Shown here: in pieces, positions 19,046 to 29,906 of the stretch | Layout: each line of letters starts with the position of its first letter | How positions within the stretch are numbered: position 1 is the stretch's first letter | IMG/VR virus record: IMGVR_UViG_2623620512_000003 | Coordinates: 114 to 64,113 of that record | Source: a virus | Taxonomy: Duplodnaviria; Caudoviricetes | Strand: one strand, 5' to 3' | DNA length: 64,000 bases | Notes under the pieces: generated by a model | The model's database searches: none | What the model was told of the DNA's origin: nothing | What the model saw: only the letters and a program-made list of their open reading frames with translations | Position numbers and translations under genes: made by a program

Positions 19046-19720
19046 ATGGCAGACAAAGAAACTGGCTACGTTTACATTCTCACCAATCCTAGTTTCAGAG
19101 AAGACTGGGTTAAAATCGGCAAAAGCTCGCGACCTGTTAACGTGAGAAGTAAAGAGCTTGACAACACTGCCGTTCCACTTCCCTTTGACATATATGCTAC
19201 AATGCAAACGGAGAAGTACAGCGAGGCAGAAAAAGTCATCCACAAACAGATAGACCGTTTGACTGATAGACGTATCCGTCAAAATAGAGAATTTTTTAAT
19301 CTTGAGCCAGCTATGGCTTTAGATATTATGCTCGACTTGGCAAGATTATCACCTGATGCTGTGGTAATGAAGTATGAGAATGGCGAGTCATTCCAAATTT
19401 ATCCGGTTATGGATGTTGTGATTAAGCATGGCAAGGATAAAAAAGAGCAGCGTCCACCCTTCGATTTCTCAATGGTTGGACTGACTATTGGTGACGAAAT
19501 AATCTTCGACGCCCTCCAATTGTCTGTTAAGGTTGCTGGCAAGAACAAGGTAGAATACGATGGTCGTCTTTGGAGTTTATCTGCTTTTTGCGGCACATAC
19601 CTACCAGAAGAAATGCATAATAAAAGCGAAGCCTATCAGGGGCCAAAATATTTTAGCTACAAAGGCCAAACACTTTGGGAAATTAGACTAGAGAAAGAGA
19701 AAAAAATAGCAAACATTTAA
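19046..19720 (+). CDS. GIY-YIG (T5orf172-type) nuclease with C-terminal accessory domain
   Basis: GYVYILTN...VKIGKS...R..EL and NREFF motifs. Confidence 0.8.
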   Translation: MADKETGYVYILTNPSFREDWVKIGKSSRPVNVRSKELDNTAVPLPFDIYATMQTEKYSEAEKVIHKQIDRLTDRRIRQNREFFNLEPAMALDIMLDLARLSPDAVVMKYENGESFQIYPVMDVVIKHGKDKKEQRPPFDFSMVGLTIGDEIIFDALQLSVKVAGKNKVEYDGRLWSLSAFCGTYLPEEMHNKSEAYQGPKYFSYKGQTLWEIRLEKEKKIANI

Positions 19721-19754
19721 ATCATATTAGAAATATAAATAATAAATATCTTCA

Positions 19755-22556
19755 ATGAATAAACAACAACTAGCAGCAAAGATATGGGCATCAGCAAATA
19801 AGATGCGTTCTAAGATTGAAGCTAATGAATATAAGGACTATATTCTTGGCTTTATCTTCTATAAATTCCTGTCTGACAAAGAAGTCAGATTTGCTACTAC
19901 TGAGGCAGCAATCTCAGTAGAGGACCTTCCAAAGTATCTTCAAGAGAGCGACGATGAGGAGCAAGCCGTAATGGTGGAGTATTTCCGCAATAATTTGGGA
20001 TATTTCATTTCTTACGATAACCTTTTCACCACTTGGCTTGACAAAAAGAGAGATTTTGACGTGAAGAACGTTTCAGATGCATTGTCTGCTTTTGAACGTC
20101 TTATACATCCAACCCATCAGAATGTTTTCAAAAACATCTTTAATACTCTTGAAGTTGGCTTGAAGAAACTGGGGTCTACCTCTAAGGATCAGACAGCTGC
20201 CATCAAAGGTTTGCTGAAATTGATAAAAGACATACCGATGGACGGTAAACAGGACTATGATGTGCTTGGTTTCATCTACGAATATCTGATTGGAAAGTTT
20301 GCTGCTAATGCCGGCAAGAAGGCAGGCGAGTTCTATACTCCACATGAAGTCTCAGTCTTGATGTCTGAAATCGTGGCTGATCACCTGAAAGACAGGAAGC
20401 ATATTGAGATTTATGATCCAACGAGCGGTTCTGGCTCATTACTGATAAACATAGGCAAAGCACTTTCCAAATATATGACCGATGAGAACGGCGTAGTCTA
20501 TTATGCTCAGGAATTGAAGGAAAATACCTACAACCTGACACGTATGAACTTAGTAATGCGTGGCATCATACCATCCAACATCTTTGTCCGCAACGGTGAT
20601 ACGCTGAAAAAGGATTGGCCTTTCTTTGAAGATGGGCCGGACGGCACATACGCTGACGACACGTACAAATATCATAGTGTAGATGCCGTGGTCAGTAATC
20701 CTCCATATTCCCAACCATGGGAAGCTAAGAATAAGAATAATGACCCTCGCTTCAAGGAATTTGGCGTAGCCCCCAAAGGAAAAGCTGATTATGCATTCCT
20801 CTTGCACGACCTCTACCACCTGAAAGGCGATGGAGTGATGACCATTGTATTGCCTCATGGTGTGTTGTTCCGTGGAAGCCCAGATGATGGCAGTGAAGGT
20901 AGCATCCGTAAGGAACTTGTTGAGGGTAATCATATAGAGGCAATTATCGGTTTACCTTCCGACATCTTCTATGGTACAGGCATTCCAACACTCGTCATGG
21001 TACTACGCAAGCAGCGAGCTGACGAGGGCATATTACTTGTGGACGCTTCAAGCTGCTACATAAAACAAGGCAAGAAGAATGTGCTCCGCACTTCTGACAT
21101 AAAGCGAATAGTCGACGTGGTGAGAAGTCGTGAAAGCAAAAAAGGATTCTCTTGTGTGGTAAGTAAAGAGCTGATTCGCAAGAATGACTACAACCTCAAT
21201 CTTCCCAGGTACATCAGTTCTACCAAACAACCCGAAACATGGGACATTTATGCCACAATGTTCGGGGGTATTCCTAATAGCGAAATCGACTTATTGAATA
21301 ACAAATGGGAGGCAATGCCTGGTCTCAGGCAACACCTCTTTACATCGGATGACACGCCATTTAGTCAAGTGGCTCATGATGATATTGAGAACGAGATAAT
21401 ACGGCATCCCTCTGTAATAGCCTATAAGCATGAGTTCGCACGAGCCATGCAGGGATTTGATGAATACCTTTTTGAGGAACTGCTACGACATCCAAAGAAA
21501 GTTAACATCACTGCTGAGGAACCAAAGATCAGCGAAGAGATTTTTTCTCGTCTGAAGGATGTGAAACTCATTGACTCGTACGATGCTTATCAGCTTCTCG
21601 ATGACGAGTGGACTACCATTGCTACCGACCTAGAAATTATACAGACCGAGGGTATGGATGCCTGCTTCGTTGTTGATCCCAACATGGTTACAAAGAAAAA
21701 GGATAACAAGGAAATTGAGGTTCAGGAAGGCTGGCTGGGCAGAGTTCTTCCATTTGAAATAGTGCAGCAGATGTTCCTCAAAGGGGATTACGATGCCCTT
21801 TGTGAAAAGCAGAAGAGTCTGAACGGTGTCTCCAACGACCTCACAGAATTGGTAGCATCAATAGCAGGATATGAGGATGGTGCGTCTGTGCTTAATGATG
21901 ACAACAATGCATTCGTAGCCAAGGAGGTTTCCGCAAAACTTGACTCTATCTATGAAAGCATCGACACAGACGAGACCAAGGCTCTGGAAGAATATCTCAC
22001 CCTGACAAAGAAAAACGAAAAACTGGCTTTTATTGCCAGTCACAAGGATGTTGATTGGAGTATCGGTGTCCCCAACAAAGATAACACATACAGTGCTAAA
22101 GCCGTACAGGCTATAATCAAGGATATCCGATCTAAAACTGAGTTTGAAGAAGATACTTTTGAGTATGACCTCGTAAAGGCAGAACAGTTGTTGGAGGAAG
22201 AAAAAAGGCTTAAAAGCGAATGTAAGAAAGATGCAGACGCCCTCCACCTCCTTACCAAGAAAACCATAGAGGAGGATTTAAACACAGAGGATGCCATCAA
22301 CATTCTTCAACAGAAATGGATAGCACCAGTGGTGAAGAATTTAGCTGCGATGCCAGACTGTGTAGTATTGGAACTATGTACCAGCATAAAAGCCCTAATA
22401 GACAAGTATGCCACCACAATGGTCGAGACCGAGCAGAGCATTAATGAGACAGAGCGCGAGTTAAACAAGATGTTGAGTAATCTTGTTGGCAATGATTTTG
22501 ACATGAAAGGTATAGGCGAGATTCAGAAACTTTTTAACCACAATGATTATGAGTAA
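19755..22556 (+). CDS. hsdM: Type I R-M methyltransferase subunit (long form)
   Basis: GEFYTP, DPTSGSGSLL, NPPY; about 400-aa C-terminal extension. Confidence 0.95.
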   Translation: MNKQQLAAKIWASANKMRSKIEANEYKDYILGFIFYKFLSDKEVRFATTEAAISVEDLPKYLQESDDEEQAVMVEYFRNNLGYFISYDNLFTTWLDKKRDFDVKNVSDALSAFERLIHPTHQNVFKNIFNTLEVGLKKLGSTSKDQTAAIKGLLKLIKDIPMDGKQDYDVLGFIYEYLIGKFAANAGKKAGEFYTPHEVSVLMSEIVADHLKDRKHIEIYDPTSGSGSLLINIGKALSKYMTDENGVVYYAQELKENTYNLTRMNLVMRGIIPSNIFVRNGDTLKKDWPFFEDGPDGTYADDTYKYHSVDAVVSNPPYSQPWEAKNKNNDPRFKEFGVAPKGKADYAFLLHDLYHLKGDGVMTIVLPHGVLFRGSPDDGSEGSIRKELVEGNHIEAIIGLPSDIFYGTGIPTLVMVLRKQRADEGILLVDASSCYIKQGKKNVLRTSDIKRIVDVVRSRESKKGFSCVVSKELIRKNDYNLNLPRYISSTKQPETWDIYATMFGGIPNSEIDLLNNKWEAMPGLRQHLFTSDDTPFSQVAHDDIENEIIRHPSVIAYKHEFARAMQGFDEYLFEELLRHPKKVNITAEEPKISEEIFSRLKDVKLIDSYDAYQLLDDEWTTIATDLEIIQTEGMDACFVVDPNMVTKKKDNKEIEVQEGWLGRVLPFEIVQQMFLKGDYDALCEKQKSLNGVSNDLTELVASIAGYEDGASVLNDDNNAFVAKEVSAKLDSIYESIDTDETKALEEYLTLTKKNEKLAFIASHKDVDWSIGVPNKDNTYSAKAVQAIIKDIRSKTEFEEDTFEYDLVKAEQLLEEEKRLKSECKKDADALHLLTKKTIEEDLNTEDAINILQQKWIAPVVKNLAAMPDCVVLELCTSIKALIDKYATTMVETEQSINETERELNKMLSNLVGNDFDMKGIGEIQKLFNHNDYE

Positions 22557-23763
22557 GAAGTTGGTACCAGACATCAGATTCAAAGGATTTGATGGAGAAT
22601 GGAATGAGTCGCTGCTGAATGAGAAACTTATTCCTTCGAGAGAAAAGAATATACAAGAACTCTTTTCGAAGGATGAAGTGCTTTCTGTGTCAGGGGATTA
22701 TGGTGTTGTGAATCAATTAAAATTTAAGGGAAGGTCATTTGCCGGTGTGTCTGTAGCTCCATACGGAGTAGTACATACGAATGATGTTGTCTATACAAAG
22801 TCACCGCTCAAAAAACAACCTTATGGCATTATTAAGACCAATAAGGGTGTAGATGGCATAGTTTCCACGCTCTACGCTATTTATTCTTGTGCCCAAGGAG
22901 TCTATCCTAATTTCGTAGAAGATTATTTCAATTCAGACGATAGATTGAATTCATATTTGCGTCCACTGGTTAGGAAAGGTGCAAAGAATGATATGAAGAT
23001 TTCTTTGGAAGGGGCATTGGCGGGGAAGGTGTGGTTTCCAGAATATAAAGAACAGAAGATGATTTCCAACTTCTTTGAGATTCTTGCTAAAGAAATATTA
23101 TCGGTTCAAACGAAGTTGGATAAGCTCTATGCCTTGAAGAAAACGATGCTTGTCAAAATGTTTCCGCAAGGTGATGCCCTTTTGCCTGAAATAAGGCTCA
23201 ATGGTTTTAAGGGGGAATGGAAATGTTCTCCTGCTAAAGAAATCTTTAAATCTGTAGCTGACAAGAATCATCCTGACCTTCCCGTACTGTCTGCCTCTCA
23301 AGAACTTGGTATGATAAAACGTGATGAGGTTGGCAAAATCGTAGCGCACGACAAATCTAACGAAGCAACATATAAAAGGGTTCTTCCTGGGCAGTTTGTT
23401 ATACATCTAAGATCGTTTCAGGGCGGATTCGCACATTCTGCCTACGAAGGTATTACTTCGCCAGCATATACTGTGATGGACTTTAAAGAGAAAGAATTAC
23501 ATGATGATATGTATTGGAAATATGTTTTCATGACAAAGATGTTTATTGTCAGATTGGAAACGGTTACTTACGGTATTCGTGATGGCAGAAGTATTAGCTT
23601 TGCCGATTTTTCCTCTTTGGAAATGAAATATCCAGATGTTAGAGAACAAGCAGCCATAGGTCTGTATTTCCAAACACTGGACAAGCAACTTCGTTTATAT
23701 GAACAGAAGCTGTCGAAACTAAAGAATCTGAAGTCAGCATTTCTTAAAAACATGTTTGTGTAG
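22543..23763 (+). CDS. hsdS: Type I R-M specificity subunit
   Basis: Two TRDs separated by conserved P.IRF/L.GF.GEW and EQ..I..FF/YF blocks. Confidence 0.92.
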   Translation: MIMSKKLVPDIRFKGFDGEWNESLLNEKLIPSREKNIQELFSKDEVLSVSGDYGVVNQLKFKGRSFAGVSVAPYGVVHTNDVVYTKSPLKKQPYGIIKTNKGVDGIVSTLYAIYSCAQGVYPNFVEDYFNSDDRLNSYLRPLVRKGAKNDMKISLEGALAGKVWFPEYKEQKMISNFFEILAKEILSVQTKLDKLYALKKTMLVKMFPQGDALLPEIRLNGFKGEWKCSPAKEIFKSVADKNHPDLPVLSASQELGMIKRDEVGKIVAHDKSNEATYKRVLPGQFVIHLRSFQGGFAHSAYEGITSPAYTVMDFKEKELHDDMYWKYVFMTKMFIVRLETVTYGIRDGRSISFADFSSLEMKYPDVREQAAIGLYFQTLDKQLRLYEQKLSKLKNLKSAFLKNMFV

Positions 23764-23766
23764 CCT

Positions 23767-26700
23767 ATGAAATTTGATGAAGAAAAATCATTTGAGGATG
23801 CCCTTGTTGCGCTGCTTGCTCCTTCGAAAGGATGGAACAAGAAGTTATTGATGTACCCCACAGAGGAGGATTTAATAGCGAATTGGGCACAGATTCTCTT
23901 TGAGAATAATCGCGAGATTGACTGTCTGAACGAGCAACCGCTGACAGACACAGAGATGGAACAGGTTCTTCAACAAGTGTATAATTTGAAGACTCCCATC
24001 AAATTAAATGGTTTCATTAATGGCAAAAGTGTGGCCATAATACGTGACAACAAGAACGATAAATTACACTTTGGAAAGGAAGTTCGTCTGAAAATCTATG
24101 ACCGCAACGAGATAGCCGGTGGCAAAAGCCGTTATCAAATTGCACGTCAGCCCAAATACAATAAGAAATGTCCTGTATTGCAAAATCGTCGTGGCGACAT
24201 TACACTTCTCATCAATGGTATGCCTGTGATACATATAGAACTGAAGCGTTCAGACACTCCTATCAGTAAGGCCATACATCAGATAGAGGAATATAGTCAT
24301 GAGGGCATTTTTACAGGAATCTTCTCTTTAGTACAGGTGTTTGTGGCGATGACCCCAGAAGAAACACTATACTTCGCCAATCCCGGTCCTGATGGAAAAT
24401 TCAATCCAAGTTACTACTTCCACTGGGCAGATTTCAACAACCAAGTAATCAATGAGTGGGAGAAGATTGCAGGCTTGTTATTATCCATTCCAAAGGCACA
24501 TCAACTAATAGGATTTTACACCGTAGCAGACAAATCGGACAACACGTTGAAAGTGATGCGTAGTTATCAGATTGAGGCAGCTGAGAATATCAGTGATGTG
24601 GTGAGGGATATTCACTGGGGCGAGAATAATCTCCGTGGTGGTTATATATGGCATACCACAGGAAGCGGCAAAACAATGACCAGTTTCAAGACCGCATGTC
24701 TCATAGCTGAAGCAGACAAAGCTGATAAGGTGATTTTCCTAGTTGACAGAATAGAATTAGCCACCCAGTCGACATTGAAATACCAGGGGTATGCAGATGC
24801 AGAAGGCGATGTTGTAGATACCGATGATTGCGAAGACCTGATAAGCAAGTTGAAGAACACAGAAGATGACTTGATCGTGACCTCTATTCAAAAGATGAGC
24901 CGAATAACTATTGGTGAATCAAAGAAGCGCGACCGCGACATTGAGAAGATTCAAAAGAAGCGAAAAGTGATCATTATCGACGAATGTCATCGCGATACTT
25001 TCGGTGATATGCTCATAAACATCAAGCAAACGTTTCCCGAATCGGTATTGTTTGGTTTTACAGGCACGCCTATTGATAAGGAGAACCAAAAGAAGCTGAA
25101 CACAACAGCCACCGTATTTGGTAACGAATTACACAGATACACATTGGCAGATGCCATAACCGATAAAAATGTTTTGGGATTTGACCCACGAATGGTGCTT
25201 ACTTACAAAGACAAAGATTTACGCAAAACCGTAGCACTGGAAAAAAGTAAGGCTAAGTCAGAAGAAGAAGCAATAAGCCATAAAGCCAAGGCCAAAGTGT
25301 TTTACCACTATATGAATGATGTGCCGATGGCTGGATATACGGACGAAACAGGCAAATACCATTCCGGCATAGAAGACCATATTCCATCCTCGCAATATAA
25401 GCTTGGCAAGCACCGAATCGCAGTTGTAAATGACATAAAAGACGGATGGCTGACACTAAGCCGCAACAACAAATTTCATGCGATACTGGCCACATCGAGT
25501 ATAGTCGAAGCTATAGCATATTACAGATTGTTCCGTGAACTCATGCCTTCGTTAAAAGTGACGGCACTTTTTGACTCTTCCGATAATCACAATGAGACTT
25601 CTATTGAAAAGATTGATGGACTGAAGGACATAATTCTTGATTATAATAGTTTCTATAGACAGAAGTTCTCGATTAGCAATTATGGCATGATGCGTAAGGA
25701 CATATCAGCCAGGATGTCGCATACAGAGCCTTATCTTGGACTACACAAAACGCCTGAGATGCAAATCAATCTGCTGATAGTAGTTGATCAGATGCTTACG
25801 GGTTTCGACTCAAAATGGGTAAACACTTTGTACTTAGACAAGATGCTGGAGCAGGAGCACCTGATACAGGCTTTTAGCCGTACCAACAGATTGTTTGGAC
25901 CAGACAAACCTTTCGGAAACATACGCTTTTATCGCAGACCGCACACTATGAAGCGTAATATAGACGAAGCAATATCACATTATAGCGGTGACCGCCCTCA
26001 AGGGTTGTTCGTGGAGCAGTTGGAATATAACCTGCACAAACTCAATGAGATATTCACAGACATTGATCATCTGTTCTCTACTTCTGGCATCAAGAAATTT
26101 GAAAGATTGCCAGATGATATAAGTGAGAGGCAAGAATTTGTAAAACTCTTCAACCAGTTTAATAAGTATTTAGAGGCTTCCAGGATTCAGGGATATATTG
26201 CATTCGAGAAGATGCAGAAGGTGGAGAAAGAGGAAGGTACAACAGTGATGGTTGAAATGTTGTTCGACGAAAACCAGTATAATGCCTTGCTTCAGCGCTA
26301 CAACGAGCTCTCGCATGGGGGCGGAGGTGGAGGCGATGAAGACGTGCCATACGACATTGAAACATATATTACGGAAATAGATACAGGCAAAATAGATGCC
26401 GACTACATGAACCACAAGTTTGACAAATGGCTCAAGGTACTTGCACAGCCTGATGTGACAGAAGAAGAGAAAAATGCTACGCTCGACGAACTGCACAAAT
26501 CCTTTTCCACTCTGACACAGGAAGAGCAAAACTACGCATATATCTTCTTGCACGATATAGAAAACGGTGATGTAAAACTAAAGCCTGGCAAGACTTTGCG
26601 TGATTACATAACCGAATATCTGACTCGCTCCCAGGATCGCCGTATTCACCATTTTGCAGAGACATTCGGTTTGGATGAGCAGCAACTGCGAGACATTATG

Positions 26701-26904
26701 CTGTCTGGGCCAACTACTGAAAATATTGACATTAGGGGAAGATTTACAAATCTTAAGAAAAGTGCAAATATAAATCTCGCCAAAAATTATTTTGAACAAG
26801 AGGAAAGGAGCAAATTTCCCACCCCTATAGTGATAGTGAAACTGGATAATCTACTTAGAAAATTCATTTTGGGAGAGGCTGATGAGAATTTTAACGACGA
26901 TTAG
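23767..26904 (+). CDS. hsdR: Type I R-M restriction subunit
   Basis: D...IELK nuclease motif, HTTGSGKT, DECH, FTGTP, QAFSRTNR. Confidence 0.95.
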   Translation: MKFDEEKSFEDALVALLAPSKGWNKKLLMYPTEEDLIANWAQILFENNREIDCLNEQPLTDTEMEQVLQQVYNLKTPIKLNGFINGKSVAIIRDNKNDKLHFGKEVRLKIYDRNEIAGGKSRYQIARQPKYNKKCPVLQNRRGDITLLINGMPVIHIELKRSDTPISKAIHQIEEYSHEGIFTGIFSLVQVFVAMTPEETLYFANPGPDGKFNPSYYFHWADFNNQVINEWEKIAGLLLSIPKAHQLIGFYTVADKSDNTLKVMRSYQIEAAENISDVVRDIHWGENNLRGGYIWHTTGSGKTMTSFKTACLIAEADKADKVIFLVDRIELATQSTLKYQGYADAEGDVVDTDDCEDLISKLKNTEDDLIVTSIQKMSRITIGESKKRDRDIEKIQKKRKVIIIDECHRDTFGDMLINIKQTFPESVLFGFTGTPIDKENQKKLNTTATVFGNELHRYTLADAITDKNVLGFDPRMVLTYKDKDLRKTVALEKSKAKSEEEAISHKAKAKVFYHYMNDVPMAGYTDETGKYHSGIEDHIPSSQYKLGKHRIAVVNDIKDGWLTLSRNNKFHAILATSSIVEAIAYYRLFRELMPSLKVTALFDSSDNHNETSIEKIDGLKDIILDYNSFYRQKFSISNYGMMRKDISARMSHTEPYLGLHKTPEMQINLLIVVDQMLTGFDSKWVNTLYLDKMLEQEHLIQAFSRTNRLFGPDKPFGNIRFYRRPHTMKRNIDEAISHYSGDRPQGLFVEQLEYNLHKLNEIFTDIDHLFSTSGIKKFERLPDDISERQEFVKLFNQFNKYLEASRIQGYIAFEKMQKVEKEEGTTVMVEMLFDENQYNALLQRYNELSHGGGGGGDEDVPYDIETYITEIDTGKIDADYMNHKFDKWLKVLAQPDVTEEEKNATLDELHKSFSTLTQEEQNYAYIFLHDIENGDVKLKPGKTLRDYITEYLTRSQDRRIHHFAETFGLDEQQLRDIMLSGPTTENIDIRGRFTNLKKSANINLAKNYFEQEERSKFPTPIVIVKLDNLLRKFILGEADENFNDD

Positions 26905-27018
26905 CCCAATAAGATTTTCTAGTAACTTAGGTATTTGTCAATATCATTGACTTAATAATATTAGTATGCAGAGGAGTGTTGGATAATTTGTTTAATTTTG
27001 TAATTTCATCACATTATT

Positions 27019-28983
27019 ATGACGGACTCAGAACTAACGAAAGTTTCCCAAGAAGAACTATCAAATATTGACGAATTTGATGAAAATGTTTATAGCAGTG
27101 ACTATAAGCGATTGATAAGATGCACTCCATGCCCAGAAGAAAATAATTTCCTTGTATGTGAATATGATTTCTCTGAAGTGTCTGTTATTTGCGACTACGC
27201 GTGTAGCGATAAAACATGTGGATATTTCTATCTTGACAAAGAAATAGAGGTTAATCTCCCAGAGGGTATTACGCATATAGGTGATTTTGCATTTAAAGGT
27301 AGAAACATTGATTGGCTTGAAATTCCTCATAGTCTGACCTATATGGGACGGGATCCTTTTGCATTGTCGTCAATTTATCGAATAGAGAATAAGAATGAGA
27401 TATTCGTTGTAAGAGACGGCAGTATTATCGATACACAAGAAAACAAACTAATACACAACATTTCATCTGAAGGAAAAGTTACAATTCCAGATGGTGTAGT
27501 TGAAATCGGAGAATACTCCTTTAGTAGACTAGAAATGCCGATGAAGCGAGACACATACTCGCACAAGAAAGAGAAAGATTTAACACTGATTATTCCTAGC
27601 ACCGTCCATACAATTGGTGACCATGCTTTCCAAAGAAACAATTTGAAAAGTATAACCTTTATTGGTATTCCTGAAACAATTGGCGAGGCGATTTTTGAAG
27701 AGTGTACTCTACTGGAAACCATCTACGTTCCCAAAGGAGCTAAAGCGAAGTTCTCGGAACTTTTGCCCGAATATGCCAGCATAATTGATGAAAGCGGAGA
27801 GGGTGTGAATCAAATAGTATATAGAAACTTCCTGAAAAGCAATGGTATAACTGATTTTTATCTCATCGATTACATGTGGAAATTCAACATATATGGTTAT
27901 ATTAAGGATGAGTTATTCCACTTTTCAGATGAGCAAGGAAACAACTTAAAGAGAGAAGATATAGGTATTCCCAATGGTGTAATCGTTTTCGACCTTGTTA
28001 ATGAAAAGTACCAATGGTTAAAAGAAAAGTCTTCATGCAAAGGCAAGGGAATTGCAGTTGACGGCAATAATCATATTTCATGGATTGGCCATAATGAGAA
28101 TTTTTATATTAAAGTTTCTACGAACCAAATAGTTATTCATAAATGTGAAGCCATCGATGACTTTGTAGAACAAGCACAGATAGGAAGGAACTACAATCAT
28201 CGAGCTCGTTTGTTTGGCGATAATAACGATTTACCAATCACTTCAATTGATGAAAGATGGTATTACTATACAAACAAGGGGAAGATAAAGATTATTTGTG
28301 ATGGTGACCTTCATCCCGACCAATTTGATAAAATAGAAGTAAAAAACTATAAAGTTGGCTTAAGCTGGAAACACTTTATAATTATATCTAAAGATTACAA
28401 ATGGGGATTTATTACATTAGACAACAAATATGTAAAACCGATATATTCCATGATTGAATGCTTAAACAATCCATATTTCTTTATTGTGCAGAAACCTGAT
28501 GGTTGTTTAGGTATTGCATCTGTGTATGGTGAGGAGATTCTTGGTACTACAAATAGATATTTGAATGTTGATGTAGTACATTGTCAGGGACTGGACTTAA
28601 TTGCCACAACAGAAAATAATATATATATACTGTGTTGCGAGCATGATTCAAGGGGGGAACATGATTATTCTTATCGCTGCTCATCTCTAGAAATAAAGCC
28701 TAGTGAAATTATGAAGTTAGAAATAGGTAATGTATATCGATTTAACTACGGCAGAAAACAAAAAACTCAATTTGTCTACATATTAAAGAAAGATGGAAAA
28801 CATCTAGTTTTTGACAACTATGGATATGATATAACTGACAGTGATGAGTATTACAAATGGAAAGAACATAATTGGGAGGTAAAAAATATCATATACGATA
28901 TTACTCCTAAAGAGGAAAAGAAAATAGACAATACGTTTGAAACATCAGAGCACTTAAATAGTGCTGATGATCTACCATTTTAG
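27019..28983 (+). CDS. BspA-type leucine-rich repeat protein with WG-like repeats
   Basis: LPEGITHIGDFAF, IPDGVVEIGEYSF, IPSTVHTIGDHAF repeats; KWGFI. Confidence 0.7.
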   Translation: MTDSELTKVSQEELSNIDEFDENVYSSDYKRLIRCTPCPEENNFLVCEYDFSEVSVICDYACSDKTCGYFYLDKEIEVNLPEGITHIGDFAFKGRNIDWLEIPHSLTYMGRDPFALSSIYRIENKNEIFVVRDGSIIDTQENKLIHNISSEGKVTIPDGVVEIGEYSFSRLEMPMKRDTYSHKKEKDLTLIIPSTVHTIGDHAFQRNNLKSITFIGIPETIGEAIFEECTLLETIYVPKGAKAKFSELLPEYASIIDESGEGVNQIVYRNFLKSNGITDFYLIDYMWKFNIYGYIKDELFHFSDEQGNNLKREDIGIPNGVIVFDLVNEKYQWLKEKSSCKGKGIAVDGNNHISWIGHNENFYIKVSTNQIVIHKCEAIDDFVEQAQIGRNYNHRARLFGDNNDLPITSIDERWYYYTNKGKIKIICDGDLHPDQFDKIEVKNYKVGLSWKHFIIISKDYKWGFITLDNKYVKPIYSMIECLNNPYFFIVQKPDGCLGIASVYGEEILGTTNRYLNVDVVHCQGLDLIATTENNIYILCCEHDSRGEHDYSYRCSSLEIKPSEIMKLEIGNVYRFNYGRKQKTQFVYILKKDGKHLVFDNYGYDITDSDEYYKWKEHNWEVKNIIYDITPKEEKKIDNTFETSEHLNSADDLPF

Positions 28984-29361
28984 AAATTTTGCAAAGGAAA
29001 GATAGAAGGTTCTGTAACAAACGATAGAATTCTAAAGTTGTATTGGGAATGCATGATAATCTCGAAGATTAAATATATCGAGTCGTGAGACTCTACTTTT
29101 TGCTAAAAGCGTGGGCATCGCTGACTTATTCTTTGGACTATGTCTTTGAAATTCCTGCGAGGCTTCTGGACGCTGAATAATAGCAAATGCTTTTATATTA
29201 CCCAAAAATCTGAGACGGAGAGCCGTGAGGTCCGATGTCTCCCTGTTCTAAAGTTTTATTTCATACAATCCTCTACGAGAACATCTAATTTCTTGAAATA
29301 CTGAGTATCAGCGACCTTCGCCCCATTAAAATATTTGTTTTCGATCATTGTAGAGTATCAT

Positions 29362-29886
29362 TTATAAAAGTTTTTCAATTACTCGGATTGCAGTATCCTT
29401 GGTAATGCCAGAGACAGTTTCCGTCAATACCACATGCTCTTTAAATACCGCAGGAAAATCATCTATGTCATCGAGGATTACGTATTTAAATTGAAAAGGA
29501 TTGTTTGTGGTATTTAAGCGAAGCCACTCTCCTATTTCAAGTCCTCTAGTCCCATGCGGATATACGGATTCACTGTACTCACGGCTTACGAGGTCTTGAA
29601 AACGGACGAACTCAAGACCTGGAGTAAAGCTGTAAATATATCCGGGCAACATTCGTTTCTCCCAGAGGTTATTCATCCATTCCCAACCCTTAAAACGCCA
29701 TGTGGACGATATAATTATCTTTAAATCCGGCACACTATTTACGATAGAAGCTAAGTTTTCGACAGCTTCGGGATCAAATATTGCACCATCTTCATCAATA
29801 TCGTCCATTTCATTGTCGATTAGAAAATTGCTGTAGCGTGCCGTATTTAGGACGCCATCTATATCAAGGAAGAGATATCTATGCAT
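29362..29886 (-). CDS. HAD-superfamily protein (HAD_SAK_2-like)
   Basis: FLDIDGVLN, ISSTWR and YVILDD motifs. Confidence 0.8.
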   Translation of the reverse strand: MHRYLFLDIDGVLNTARYSNFLIDNEMDDIDEDGAIFDPEAVENLASIVNSVPDLKIIISSTWRFKGWEWMNNLWEKRMLPGYIYSFTPGLEFVRFQDLVSREYSESVYPHGTRGLEIGEWLRLNTTNNPFQFKYVILDDIDDFPAVFKEHVVLTETVSGITKDTAIRVIEKLL

Positions 29887-29906
29887 ATTACTAGAAAAAT
29901 CTTAAA

